From Carcharhinus longimanus (taxonomy: Eukaryota): a stretch of DNA of 64,000 nt. The DNA lies in contig JASCQW010000001.1 in assembly GCA_030264375.1 (NCBI GenBank), forward strand, positions 99,368,260 through 99,432,259, written 5' to 3'. Position numbers and translations under genes: made by a program. Positions within the stretch are counted from its first letter, which is position 1. Each line of letters opens with the position of its first letter. The notes under the pieces are model-generated. The model worked only from the letters and a program-made list of their open reading frames with translations. It searched no databases and was not told the DNA's origin. Of the stretch, positions 38,381-51,189 are shown piece after piece.

Positions 38381-39096
38381 GCTCATATATTGATTCTACA
38401 AAAATAAACCTGCATCTTTTTCTTCACTGAAGGACTAGTATGCATTATTTTCTGCACATTTTAGACTCTATAAAAGACAGGAGATGATAGAAACACCCAT
38501 TCCACCCACCCAGCAGGATTTGTGGGATGGGGGCATAGTGAAGTGGTGACAAATAACATGTCTTATTTGACTAAAACAAAAGAACAGGGGGTACTGTGTA
38601 CAGGTTGAGGTAGCAGAAGAAAGTGACTCTTGATTTAATAAAAAATAATGTAATTGTTTACGTAATTACAAGCATATTAAATAACTATTCAAATACATAA
38701 TACGGAACTTATTTTAGAGTTAACGATTTGATTTGGCTCTTTAACAAGTCAAGTAATTCATGTCCCAATAGTAACGCTAGCTTAAAAAAGATGGAAAGAC
38801 TTTTGTCTGCAAAGGGTTATTGTTATTACATTACTATTATTGATGATAACATTATAAATTTCCTTAAGCATCATTAAAAGTAAATACTGGTAATTTGTGT
38901 CACATCTGAAAAGCAAAAAGATAGCGTTTCTTAAAGAAATAATGAAGGGAGATAAATTGCACATTATCCTTAATTCTCTTCTCCGATATCAGGAAAGGTG
39001 TGTCATCATGGGGCGGCAATGAGTGAGCCCAACATTATAATTCAATGCTAACTTTACCAGTTGTGCATTATTTGATTAGATCTGCTTAAGATAAAA

Positions 39097-39184
39097 AGAG
39101 GGTGGGAGAGAGAAAGAGAGAGGGAGAAGTGGGAGAGAAGCAAAGAGAGTGAGAGGGAGAGAGTGAAAGGGAGAGAGAGAGAGA
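39097..39184. repeat. Degenerate (GA)n purine tract
   Basis: gagagaaagagagagggagaag...gagagagagagag. Confidence 0.85.
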
Positions 39185-39805
39185 CTATCTGATTAGCCAC
39201 CAAAGTTGTTTTGTGTTGGGTGTAGCACTGATTGTGAAAGAGCCAGAAGACGTAGCAATGTGGGTTAAAATTTAATGTATTTGATCTAATAGGAGCGAGG
39301 TTGTGCAGGCAGGCATGCCTGATGACCTATGCAGGAGGGCCTCTAATGGGCCCAGGGGGTTTGCAAGAGACAACCACCCCCACTGACCTGACACCAGCTC
39401 ACATAGCTGAAGCAGCCAGACTTCCTGCATGGTCTGGACCTCCACCAGCCATGGGTAAAATATCAGCAGAGGCAGATGAGGCCCTGAGGTGGCCACAAGG
39501 ACCTTAATAGGTCAAAACAGAGGCCTCCCATGCCACCTGTAAAATTTCAGAAAGAATACAAGTGTCCACTGAATCTTATGTGTCCCCATCATCGAGCCTG
39601 TTGGCAAGGGAACATGAAATTTAGCCTTTATTTCAATTTATTCATCTTCAAAGATGAAAAGTTGATGTACTTTCTGGCACTGAATTAGCCAAACAACCAC
39701 ACAATGATGTTACAGTTTTGGATAAATCATGAATGCAATGAGCACCAAATTGTGTTCTTGTGCAGATATTGTTTTTACCCTAACTTTCAAACAAAATAAA
39801 TAAAA

Positions 39806-40080
39806 GGTGGCAGCACAGTGGTTAGCACCGTGTCTCCATGGGTTTCCTCCAGGTGCTGCAGTTTCCTCCTTCAGCCCAAAGGTTAGGTGGCTTGGCCATG
39901 CTAAATTGCTCTTTAGTGTCCCAAGATGAGTAGGTTGGATGGGTTAGCCGTGATAAATGTGTGGGGCTACAGGGATAGGGCAGGTGAGAGGGACTGGGTA
40001 ATATATTCTGTCAGAGAGTCAGTGCAGACCCAATGGGCTGAATGGCCTCTCCAGCAGTTTAGGGATTCTCTGACTATGAT
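39806..40080 (+). mobile_element. Internally deleted HE1-like SINE, CR1-type tail
   Basis: gcacagtggttagcac joined directly to gtgtctccatgggtttcctcc; tail gggctgaatggcctc..agggattct. Confidence 0.75.
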
Positions 40081-40179
40081 GAACTCCCTAATATGGGTAT
40101 TAGAGCAGCTAAATCAAGCTGTGCTGATATATTATGGAGGGGGCAGTCTTCCCTCCTGCCAGCAGCGGGAAATTAGTTT

Positions 40180-40263
40180 AAGAACATAAGAAATAGGAGC
40201 AGGAGTAGGCCATCTAGCCCTCCGAGCCTGCCCCACCATTCAATAAGATCATGGCTGATCTGA
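40180..40263 (-). mobile_element. CR1 3' end running into gap
   Basis: aagaacataagaaataggagcaggagtaggccatctagccc, reverse complement of the 10820-10900 tail. Confidence 0.85.
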
Positions 40264-40729
40264 NNNNNNNNNNNNNNNNNNNNNNNNNNNNNNNNNNNNN
40301 NNNNNNNNNNNNNNNNNNNNNNNNNNNNNNNNNNNNNNNNNNNNNNNNNNNNNNNNNNNNNNNNNNNNNNNNNNNNNNNNNNNNNNNNNNNNNNNNNNNN
40401 NNNNNNNNNNNNNNNNNNNNNNNNNNNNNNNNNNNNNNNNNNNNNNNNNNNNNNNNNNNNNNNNNNNNNNNNNNNNNNNNNNNNNNNNNNNNNNNNNNNN
40501 NNNNNNNNNNNNNNNNNNNNNNNNNNNNNNNNNNNNNNNNNNNNNNNNNNNNNNNNNNNNNNNNNNNNNNNNNNNNNNNNNNNNNNNNNNNNNNNNNNNN
40601 NNNNNNNNNNNNNNNNNNNNNNNNNNNNNNNNNNNNNNNNNNNNNNNNNNNNNNNNNNNNNNNNNNNNNNNNNNNNNNNNNNNNNNNNNNNNNNNNNNNN
40701 NNNNNNNNNNNNNNNNNNNNNNNNTGAGC

Positions 40730-41155
40730 AGTGCTAGTGTGCCCCTTGGGCAGTGCCAGGTGGCACTGCTGGGGGGCTGCTCAATGATTTCTGTCTCCTC
40801 CAGTGGGGTGAGGATGCCTGTTCCCCATTAATGGGGAGCAATTGTAAACCCTGCTGGTGGGAACCACTCCTGGTGGGGGGGAGACACAGGCGGTCCTGGA
40901 GAAGACCATTCTGAACCTGCTAATCAAATGTAAATATCAATTCCCATGACATTCCCATATGATAATCAGCTCTGCACCGATTTCCGGCGCGGAGCTGATT
41001 GCACTAAAAGAAGCACATGGAAGAGTCATAACTGGCTGGGCACCAGTTGTTAACCTTGTGAAAGGCCACCTTGCTGTTGTCTCCCGGCCCATATTTGCAT
41101 TCAACTGTATCTCACGAACGCTCCTTAGAAGACCAATTCACCAGAATTACGTTCC
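40730..41155. mobile_element. GC-rich MITE-like fragment
   Basis: gggcagtgccaggtggcactgc motif and CpG-rich subterminal sequence similar in style to 51.7-52.4 kb. Confidence 0.4.
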
Positions 41156-42318
41156 ACTTCCAAATTAACTAGCCCCCCCTAGGATATTTAGAAGAGTCTG
41201 TTTCCCGGCTGTATATAATTGGTGTACAGCTGGTGAGCTTCACTTCAAAGATTTCAAGATATGTAGACACTTCTTTCGCCTACATTTAAGAGCACTGCTG
41301 CAAGATTCCAGTTGCTTGTTTCAGAAGCCGTGCCAAAGCTGGGCATGAGAGGCAATACCAGGAAGGTAGGAGAAGCTGGAAGTAGGACTAGGGGCTATGG
41401 TGATGGAGCACAGGAGGGAACAGGGAAGACAGAGGCAAAACTAGGTAGGACTGGTTAAAGAAGATCGTGGATTACTGGCAGACTGTCTCGGGGCAAGAGT
41501 TATAAGACTATTGGAGGAGAAATCTGAGACTGTCCCACAGTTGAGTACATGCTGTCAGGGGCATAATGCATAATGAATGAGTTTGGCTGCTTTTCTAATG
41601 ATGCGCATTGTGCCAACCTTTAAGTTCCATATGCAGTGCATATGGAATTAATTAGCATCTGCTCCTTACAGAGGCACATCAGAAACTCCAACAATCAATG
41701 TCCTCATATGCAGCACAGAGACAGCATGGGCTCTACAAGCCTCCATGTTCCCGTGCATTGGTCAAGGCATTCAAGGCACCATTCTTTCAGTCAGGACATA
41801 AGTGCAAGGATTAGGTATCTATTGTTGTTGTTGTTGTTGTGGAGGACAACCATTACAAGACTGAGTGAAGCTCGGAGGATTTAGGTCTTCTGACTCTGAT
41901 AAACATCCTTGTTGTGAATGTGCAGTCACGTCTGAGGGGAAAGCTCAGCCACCTGTCATTCTCTGGGAAGATATTGACCTTCAAATGGGTGGCCTTGTGT
42001 GTGTGAGGTACAGACTGAGAGAAAATCACAGACTGGAAAATGCATAGCTGTCTTCATATGCAGGAAGACAATTCCATGGAAACTGGCATTGGTTATTCAA
42101 TTGTATCCATTCACAGATACAAGGAGGAGTGGAGAATGCAAGCTGTAGTAACACTGCTTTGCTGATAGCTTCAATTAGAATGAGAAAAAGAAGAATCCAT
42201 CACCAATTAGTGCAGCTCAGGGAAGTAAGGCTTAGTGGTCAAATAAGTAGAGCACTTGCAAAATGGTCAGTGGACCCATGGACCCAAAGATCTTTATTTT
42301 GCTTGTAGCAAATACCAT

Positions 42319-42726
42319 TTTTCCCTCTGCTTGATACCAGCCAGGAAGATGGTCAATGGACCAAAGATCCAGAGGGCATACTGCAAGAAATGTTGCAAGC
42401 ACCAGCCACTCAAGGTTACCCAGTATAAAAGGATTCCTGATACGCAAAGAGTAAGTGATGTTATGACAGAAAACAGAGTGGTTATTTTGGACAGACAAAG
42501 CTTACATTTCGGAAAAATGCTGAGACCACAGAGAAGGTTGTGCTGAGACTGGAGTGTGTGGAGTCCAACTGTCGGTGAAAGAAAATGCTTGCCATCAATA
42601 GATGCAAGCACTTTGAGCTGGGAGGAGATGGGAAGAGGAAGGGCCATGTCAAGCAGTTCTAAGATGCATTCTTTGTGTTTTTTGGAGTACCGATTCACAA
42701 TAAAATTGAGCAAAAATTCAAAAAAA
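42319..42726 (+). pseudogene. rpl36a: Processed pseudogene of 60S ribosomal protein L36a (eL42)
   Basis: ATG 42349: [27 protein letters not shown], frameshift, [65 protein letters not shown] (TAA 42660-42662); no introns; pyrimidine 5' end, AATAAA 42699-42704, A tail. Confidence 0.95.
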
Positions 42727-44639
42727 GACCATCGTCATGAGTAACAAGAGCCAGTCTTGCCTTAAGAAGCCTCAGGTATCAATGAGGATGGACCAAATCC
42801 ACAAAGATGTTTGGCACAACTAAGGGTCGCCAGAAACACAACTCATACATGGAGCTGATGCACATCCTTAAGCAACTACACTTATTGAAGTTCTTTCAAC
42901 CATGGCCCTAACAAGTCAGTAGCCATGGCATCCTTTAAGAGGCTGAAACACTTTTGCAGACATGGATGCACTCATGTCAGTATGACAATAGTTTAGCAAG
43001 GCAAATATAAGAGGAAAAATATATGTCAGTGGTTAGTTCCTCATCTGAAGATGGACAATCTCTCCAAATGCCAGTTCTCCTACATGATTAATGCAGAGGA
43101 CTCTGTTTTGCAGTTTTAATGTAAACACTTGCCAAGCATTCCAGTTTAATGAGACAAATAAGGACAGTAATTCAATTATTTCTTTATTTAATGCTTCTGG
43201 TACCAAATCAAACATAAACATTTGCAACTCATGAACTCGAACTTAACATCAACTTACAACTGAAACTTAATTCTTAAACTGCACTTTAACTGAACATTAC
43301 TTTAACTAAACATCAACCTTAACTATTTAACTGAAAATAGATACTACTGAGTTTAGGAATACATTGGCCAAGAAATATCCTCGATGTAGAATCTATCTTC
43401 TTTTTCTCTGAAGCATCCTTCAGGGTACACGTCTGGCAATGGTTGACTCTTTGAATTATCGCTGCCAAACAAAAGGCTCACGTGTCTCTTTATCCATAAT
43501 TCTCCACTCTGTCATCCAGCCAATTAATTAATCAGAAACCCCCAATTGCATCAATCGATTAGGCCAATCAAATACAGGCAGAATAATATTATTGGGTAAC
43601 ATAAACAACTTTTCTTATTTGGGAAGTTTCAGATCGCAGCTTCCAGAGCCTCTTTACAACCTGCATCTGGTTTTAATCTATAAATTGACCAACATTCCCA
43701 ACATGCTTACCTCTCAGCCAGAATAGCCATTTTAAAAACACTAGTTAAACTCTTCTTGATACAGCACTCAAATATACTTCCAGACATCAGGGTCAATGAT
43801 CAATAATACAACAGCATGGACACAAACCTGAGATTTATGTTAGCATTGTCCTCTCGAGAGTGGCTCAGCATGACCATCACCTGATTACTGACTGATTACC
43901 CTTAGAAGCATTCCTTAGAAGCCTGTTAAGTTTACATCCTGCATCGCTTTTGCATCTGGGAGAGGTGTGGCCCAGTCAGTTTTGACACAGCAGTCAATGG
44001 TAATGTATTCCTTCCATAGACAGTGATAAGATGCAAGAGATGTGCCAAAGCATCAGTTTCATAGCATTACAATTTTCAACATTGTCCATCTCACAAAAGC
44101 CAATCCTTTCTATGAGCCCTACGTCACTGTACAGTCATGTAATGAATTCCACATCAATTTGAGTTCAGTGCCTTCACAAATGGATTCCACGAAGCACTGC
44201 TGAGCAACTGTTCTGGAGCAGAGTAAGATTCTCACAGGTAACTAAACAGGTTCATTGGAATGAGCACACACCTCTGATATCACACACTCACTCCTGTGTA
44301 ACCGACGTTTAATATGACACCTAGGGGAACTAGCTTCCATTTCTCAGCGTCACGCATAGGGAGGGAAGGAGCTAATAAAGGAGTAAAGCTCTGCTTTAAA
44401 AGTGGAGAAGAAATAATGGGGACATGAAAGGCTTTGACACTCAGTAATGAATGATATTTTTGCCAAAACCTCAGTCATAAAATAAAGTCCACTGCAAAAT
44501 GCACTTGGGTGAAAAGACTCCATCACGATAAATATTCATAATAGTATGACATCAATAGGATAATCTCTAATCTTGATGAAAAATTGTCACAAGGTCATAA
44601 AGTCTGCCTGAGATGCAAGGATTACATATGTTTTACTTT

Positions 44640-44983
44640 ATTCTTTTATGGGGTGTGGGTATGGGTGTTGCTGCCAAGGCCAGTGTTTTTATCCATCCTT
44701 AATTGCTCTTGAACTGAATGATGTGCTGAGCCCTTTCAGAGGGCAGTTAAGGGTCAACCACACTGCTATAGACTGTAGGCCAGACAATGTAAGGGTGGCA
44801 GGGATTTTTATGACAATCATCAATGGATTCATGGTCGCCATAACTAGGACTGGCTTTCAGCTGCAGATTTATTAATTGCATTTAAATTCCACCAGCAGCC
44901 ATGGTGGGATCTGAACGCATGTCCTCAGAGAATTAGCCTGGGCCTTTGGATTACTAATTGAGTGACTTTATCACTATGCCACA
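44640..44983 (-). mobile_element. SINE built from the 5' tRNA-like head and the 3' end of the 6040-11680 LINE family
   Basis: Right part aligns with 11390-11680; left part aligns with 31180-31250. Confidence 0.8.
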
Positions 44984-45566
44984 TCTGGTTTATGTCCTAC
45001 ATTGCTTGGCATCTGGGTATCCCCTATTGTCTTTGGTCTCTCCAGTCCTAAATAAAAACAGATGGATTGACTGTGAGCACTATGGTTGATAGAACATGTC
45101 AGAAGCATACCTGCCTGTTGTGTGTGCTGAGCTCTCCTCAGTAAGGAATTAAGATGCTGTTGGAGCAGGAACTTGCTGAGATGGTGAACTGAAAGTGAAC
45201 AACGCTGATATCCTTTCTGCTGCTAGACATCCCTATGGACTCTGGTATATATTTAAATAATTGTATGATTGCTTCAAGAGCAGGTCACATGATTTGATGC
45301 TGATGTCATAGGGGTGTTTCAGAGGCTCCAGCTTATTGTTTCAGTTTGTACTCTGTACAGGCAACATCTTTTTCAATAAACCTATTGTGCTTACTTTGAA
45401 TCTAAGCGTGCAAACCATATTTTTTTTGTCTAAAACCAAAACCCTGTACATAGGGCATTAAAGACTCTAACCCTTAATCTGCCTGATGCTCTTACGAGAA
45501 TGTGAGTTTGGAGTGAGTAGAAGTTAGCTTATCTGGGTGGAGCACAGAATATTATTCGTTGGTTAC

Positions 45567-45760
45567 CTGCACTGCAAGACAATTATTTCCTGTTGGCCTT
45601 GAGTGCTGACCTTTCTGGTGAACTCCTCCCAGGCCAGCGTGGTCAGGTGGGAGGATCTCCTGCTCCCACCCCTTGGAAAGCAGATCTCCCGCCTTTCCTG
45701 AGTGATCTGGAGGAGAAATCCCAGGGAGGCCTCACTGAACCATGGAACGGAGAGCTCTGC
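45567..45760 (-). mobile_element. Harbinger-type Myb/SANT domain remnant
   Basis: PWFSEASLGFLLQITQERREICFPRGGSRRSSHLTTLAWEEFTRKVSTQG..LQCR fits the F(S/T)..E...L...W..I...V....R...QC trihelix pattern. Confidence 0.65.
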
Positions 45761-45835
45761 TGTTTTGGGCACCGTGTTAATATAAATATTCAACACAAGC
45801 TTGGCCTGCAGTGAGCAATGCTTATACTGGTGCTG

Positions 45836-45925
45836 TTTCTTTTTATTCATTTGTGGGACATGGGAGGTGCTGGCTGGCCAGCATTTATCTCTCATCTCTA
45901 GTTGCCCTTGAGAAGGTGATAGTGA
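45836..45925 (-). mobile_element. LINE/SINE 3' tail fragment
   Basis: ctggctggccagcatttat..tagttgcccttgagaaggtg. Confidence 0.8.
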
Positions 45926-46409
45926 ACTGGATATGGAACTAGGACTTTTGACCCCATGAGGCAACAAGCTCCTCGATGATGCACAATTAATGTGCTGAAA
46001 AGTGGAAAATTAGACAAAGTCCGCCCAGGCACCTAACAGGAAGCACACTGACTTACCCGACCATCATCACGGGTTAATATTGTGGGATATCTGAGGTTGG
46101 CTCACAGTACCAATTCCTAACAAGGTCCAGCCATAAATTAGGCCTGACTGTGGATGCTGGCTGATAGCCTGGTGATATGGGAAGGGGGAAGGTTTACAAG
46201 CTGCACCTGGTATTTCAAAGAGCTGCTTCATTGCTGTTTAGTAGAGAACAAATAATGATTGAAGAAAGAGTGATATTGGCACTTCCATCTTCACATGACA
46301 TTCTGGAGACATTAATGAAGTTGCATTCTTTGGGATCACAGAGCATCCACCCAAGAAGTATAAAACTCAATTTTGCAAGCTTTACTAGTGGCACCGAGTC
46401 TTACCGCGC

Positions 46410-46895
46410 TGTCATATTACAGCTCTACAAAGTTCTCGTTGGACCATCATGATCAACCCTGGCCATCACACCTTAGGGAGGATATACTGATCTTGGAGGA
46501 AGCTTGTAGATAACCAGGATGATACTTGGACTCAAATGTTAATTTTAGTGGAAAGATTATACAAACAAGTGTTGTGTTCCATGGTATTCAGAAGGTTAAC
46601 GAATGATTTGATCAAAATTTTCAAAATGTTATGGGGAACCGATTGAATAGATGGAAGAAAACCATTTCCATTGGTTAAGGTCCAGGATTAGATTACGTTA
46701 TCTAAAAACTAGAGCTCAGCTTTTCAGGAGTGACATCATGAAACAATTCTTAATATTAAATCTGTAATTGATACTTGGGTTTTTGAAGCAAAAGCAGCTA
46801 TCTGGAGTTCAGCCACAGATCAGCAATGACCTCATTTGAAAGATGGAACTGGCTTGAGGACCAAAAGGCCAATTCATGGTCCCATGTTCCTATGA
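46410..46895 (+). mobile_element. Old CR1 3' fragment
   Basis: LQLYKVLVGP remnant and degenerate CR1 tail. Confidence 0.65.
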
Positions 46896-47020
46896 CTTTC
46901 ATCCGTATAAAGAAGCTAATTATACTGATGTCTATGCCAGCCATACTTGCTTCTAACTGAAACAGATTCTTGTGAATTTTATAAAATGCCCACTTGTTAA
47001 TTCTGTTTTTCCAGTAAATT

Positions 47021-47189
47021 CATAGAACATAGGACATAGAACACTACAGCATAAACAGGCCCTTCGGCCCACAAGTTGCACCAATCATATCCATACCTAC
47101 CAAGCCATAGAACTATCTGTAACCCCCAATCCCATTAAATCCCATGTACTCATCCAGAAGTCTTTTAAAAGACCCCAGCGAGTTCGCCT
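47021..47189 (-). mobile_element. CR1 3' end, same subfamily as 48853-49895
   Basis: catagaac..acaggcccttcggcccacaagttg..cccatgtactcatccagaagtcttttaaaagaccc shared. Confidence 0.85.
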
Positions 47190-47475
47190 NNNNNNNNNNN
47201 NNNNNNNNNNNNNNNNNNNNNNNNNNNNNNNNNNNNNNNNNNNNNNNNNNNNNNNNNNNNNNNNNNNNNNNNNNNNNNNNNNNNNNNNNAAATGGTCAGT
47301 GGATAGGCATATGGATAACATTGGAATAGTTTAGGTTAGAGGGTCATTAGATTGGTTCCATTGGTTTAGATGTAGACCGTCCCGTTTGTACAGGTCCCAA
47401 CTTCCCCAAAAACAGACCCAGTGGTCCAGGAATCTAAAACCCTCAACTTCCCAGCTGAGAAAGATGGACTGAGGT

Positions 47476-47802
47476 TGGGTAACATGGTGGTACGATGGTT
47501 AACACTGCCGCCTCACAGCACCAAGGACCCAGGTTCGACTCCCGGCTTGGGTTCGATTCCCGGCTTGGGTCGCTGCCTATGTGGATTCTGTATGTTCTCC
47601 CCATGTGTGCGTGGGTTTCCTCTGGGTGCTCTGGTTCCCTCCCATCGTCCGAAAGACGCGCTGGTTAGGGTGCATCGGCCGTGCTAAATTCTCCCTCAGT
47701 GTAACCCGAACAGGCGCCGGAGTGTGGCGACTGGGGGATTTTCACAGTAACTTCATTGCAGTGTTAATGTGAGCCTTACTTGTGATGTGAATAAATAAAC
47801 TT
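47476..47802 (+). mobile_element. HE1-like SINE, tail type A, CpG-rich, duplicated B-box
   Basis: ggttcgactcccggcttg ggttcgattcccggcttg tandem; full tail. Confidence 0.9.
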
Positions 47803-48169
47803 AAAGGAAGTTGAAGGGCAGTTACAACCCGATGGTGATTGTCACTCTGCGGCGGACTCAGTCTACCCGTCGCCACTGAGACTCATTGGTGTTAAGGTCC
47901 ACTTCAGTGAGGAATCAATGTTGTCCCACATCCATAGAATCATCTCCAGGGATCCCAGTGTCTTTGAAAGCAGAGACAAGGAGTAGAGATTGACCCCAAT
48001 CATATTCGCCATTGAACGAGGCACATTTCTGAGGGACAGGTCTCGCTTTGTAATTAGGAAATGGAGAGAGAAAGAATAGACAAGGATTGCATTCCTCAAG
48101 CAAGGTTTCACTTCCATTTCTCCCGAGATAGGAACAGATCAGAGTCCACACCTCAATATCAAAGATAGC

Positions 48170-48570
48170 AATGAGGCGACACTCTCGCTTACTGTTACAC
48201 ACAGCCCTTCACTTAATCACTCGGCGCCTTCCCAATGCGGAGCGACCACTGGGACTAGGCCCGTTCTGTCCTTTAATTAAAATGGTAAGCAGCAGCGAGG
48301 CCCCCCAGGAGGAACAGTTTGGATTCTGTCCAACGTTTCTTTCTCTCCTTCGCGGAACTGGCCCGGTGAAGTGAAACTTGGAGATTTGAAGGACAGCCTC
48401 GCAAGGTGACGGCAATAACAGCGGAACATTCCGGGTGGCTGAGAGCGGCTCTCGGCCCCGACACTTCGCTCAGATCCACTCTCCGTTTCCTCGGCCTTCA
48501 GGTGCCTGGGCCGTGCCAACTCCATCCTCCTTCTCCGTCCCCCGCTTTCCGAGGTCCGTTACTGTTGCCT
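48170..48570. promoter_or_regulatory. Small CpG island, probable promoter or first exon
   Basis: Visibly the highest CpG density of any non-repeat sequence here; donors on both strands (AAAATG|GTAAGC + at 48284/48285; ACA|GTAAGC - at 48193/48192). Confidence 0.55.
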
Positions 48571-48852
48571 GGTCCTCATGTTCAGGAACTCCCTCCCTAA
48601 ACCTCTCTATTTCTTTAAGGAACTCCTTAAAAATTACAGGAATTCTCCCGGGATTATCTCAGCAGGATTAGTCGCAGATGGTGAGGGAAGTATTTGACAG
48701 CGAAATCTGAGACTTGTGTGAAATTAGAACAAAGAACAGGAATGGTACAGGAACAGGCCCTTAGGCCCTCCAAGCCTGTGCCGATCATGATACCCTAACT
48801 AAACTAAAAACAACCTCTTGCCCTTACTCGGTCCCTCTATTCCCTCCCTATT

Positions 48853-49895
48853 CATAGAACATAGAAAAACTACAGCACAAACAGGCCCTTCAGCCCACAA
48901 GTTGCGCCGATCACATCTCTACCTACTAGGCTTACCTATAACCCTCAATCTTATTAAGTCCCATGTACTCATCCAGAAGTCTTTTAAAAGACCCTATTGA
49001 ATTTGCCTCCATCACCACCGATGGCAGCCGATTCTACTCACCCACCACCCTCTGAATGAAAAACTTACCCCTGACATCTCCTCTATACCTTCTCCTCAGC
49101 ACCTTAAACCTGTGTCCTCTTGTGGCAGCTGTTTCAGCCCTGGGAAAAAGCCTCTGAGAATCCACCTGATCAATACCTCTCAACGTCTTATGCACCTCTA
49201 TCAGGTCCCCTCTCATCCTTCGTCTCTCCAAGGAGAAAAGATCGAACTCTCTCAACGTATCCTCATAAGGCATGCCACCCAATCCAGGTAACATCCTTGT
49301 AAATCTCCTCTGCACCCTTCCAATGGCTTCCACATCTTTCCTGTAGTGAGGTGACCAGAACTGAGCACAGTACTCCAAGTGGGGTCTGACAAGGGTCTTA
49401 TAAAGCTGCAGCATTATCTCCGGACTCCTAAACTCAATTCCTCGATTGATGAAGGCCAGTACACCATACACCTTCTTAACCACATCCTCTGCCTGCGAAG
49501 CCGATTTGAGAGTCCTATGAACCTGGACCCCAAGATCCTTCTGATCTTCCACACTGCTAACAGTCTTATCCTTAATATTATATTCCTTCATGCCATTTGA
49601 CCTGCCAAAATGGACCACTACACATTTATCCGGGTTGAAGTCCATCTGCCACTTCTCCACCTAGTCTTGCGTCCTATCTATGTCACGCTGCAACTTCTGA
49701 CATCCCTCCAGACTATCTACAACACCTCCAACCTTTGTGTCATCGGCAGCCTTACCAACCCATCCCTCCACTTCCTCATCCAGGTCATTTATGAAAATGA
49801 CAAACAGCAAGGGTCCTAGAACAGATCCCTGGGGCACTCCACTGGTGACCGACCTCCATGTAGGAAAAGACCCATCCACAACCACTCTCTGCCTT
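48853..49895 (-). mobile_element. Young 5'-truncated CR1 (HER1-like) LINE with RT C-terminal half
   Basis: [29 protein letters not shown] (49661-49885), single in-frame stop, then WQMDFNPDKC..LYKTLVRPHLEYCAQFWSP..RGKFFIQRVV (49034-49660). Confidence 0.95.
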
Positions 49896-50352
49896 CAATT
49901 AGGACTTCGCTATATCACATACATGTCTCATTTTCACCCCTTAATCAGCTCTGTAAAGGCCATTATCATAGTCACCCAAATAGAAAAGTGGTCAGTGTTA
50001 ACGTCAATGTTACTAAAGTAACCATAGGCTGAAATCTCAAAATAAAAATAACCTGATGTTGCTGCTTGCAGAAAGAATTACAGAAGGAGCTCTGAGATAA
50101 TTAAACCACCACCCCCTTAAAAAGTTGTGCCTGATGCTCATCAAAATGTCATAAGTTCCTAAGTTTTATGTTTCTTTCTCCAGTTGAAATTGCACATATC
50201 TTAATGAGAAAATCACTTTAGCTGCTGTTTCCAGCAATACCTATACATAAGTTTGGTTTCACTTTGTAGTTAGTTACATGTCAAAATTTGGAATGATATT
50301 CATTGATTATTTCCATAGATGGGTTAGTCCCAGCCAAATGAAAGAAAAGTGA

Positions 50353-50415
50353 TAGTGTACCATGACTTTCGACCAGTGTGCCATGATTGTCGACTAGTGT
50401 ACCATGATTGTTGCA
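50353..50415. repeat. 21-bp tandem repeat x3
   Basis: tagtgtaccatgactttcgac / cagtgtgccatgattgtcgac / tagtgtaccatgattgttgca. Confidence 0.85.
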
Positions 50416-51189
50416 TTCCAAATTGGAACAGAGCGATTGCACATTCAAAGATCAGATTCGCTACTGTTGGATCTCTCAGACATTAATTAAGTGATTTGTT
50501 TCAAACATGTTAAGATTGAGCATTTCAGGGGCCTTTCCTGAATCAATACTGAGATTCATTGCAGCTTTTGTTGAACAACAGGCTGTTTCTGCAGCCTAGC
50601 TTTTGCTATATGCTGTGGCTGCCACTTATTTTGTCATACCTTTCATTGTCTCTTTTTTTTCCAACATTCAAATTCTTTTCAGGAGATCCATATTTATATT
50701 GAAATGGAAAGTGTCACTTTTTAATGTCAGTTCCCTACTGACTGTCAGCTTGCCGTATTTAATTACCATGCACACATCCATTTTGTCATTCACTTGGTAC
50801 ATGGATCAGATCCGAACAAGTCATAAGTTTTGCTAAGGTGACAGTGTAATCAAAACCTTCACTAAATTGTAGTTGAAATCACCACGAAAAGCAACTGACT
50901 TTGCAGTGATTTTCATTGAACTGGTTTGCCTTTGCGTAAAGGAAAGAGCAACTTTGAAAGGAAACACTGTTATTTTGTTGCTTCAGGTTTTACTGAGCTT
51001 CTTCAGAGTTGCTAAGAAACAAACTCAACAAAAGGCAAGAAGCATATGTGGATTCATAGCCAGAGTGCAAAAGCAAATGAGATTTCCAGAGATAAAAAAC
51101 TTTAAGTCCATTTATTCATAATGTGACAAGCATTTCTCACAACCCTGAATCCCATTTGACAAGAGACTGTTCAGTTGCTTCTTTACATG

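Noticed and set aside
48277-48525. MELARPRHLK.. ORF with a mitochondrial-presequence-like MFRCYCRHLARLS
   Set aside because: Stops at 82 aa with no donor before the stop; the upstream RFX-like word overlaps an L2-type tail remnant (~48555-48640)
49034-49885. Longest real ORF as a host gene or active element
   Set aside because: 5'-truncated CR1 RT with an in-frame stop and a mutated FADD motif (AADD)
50353-50415. Short direct repeats as CRISPR-like array
   Set aside because: Contiguous 21-bp tandem units without spacers, in a eukaryote
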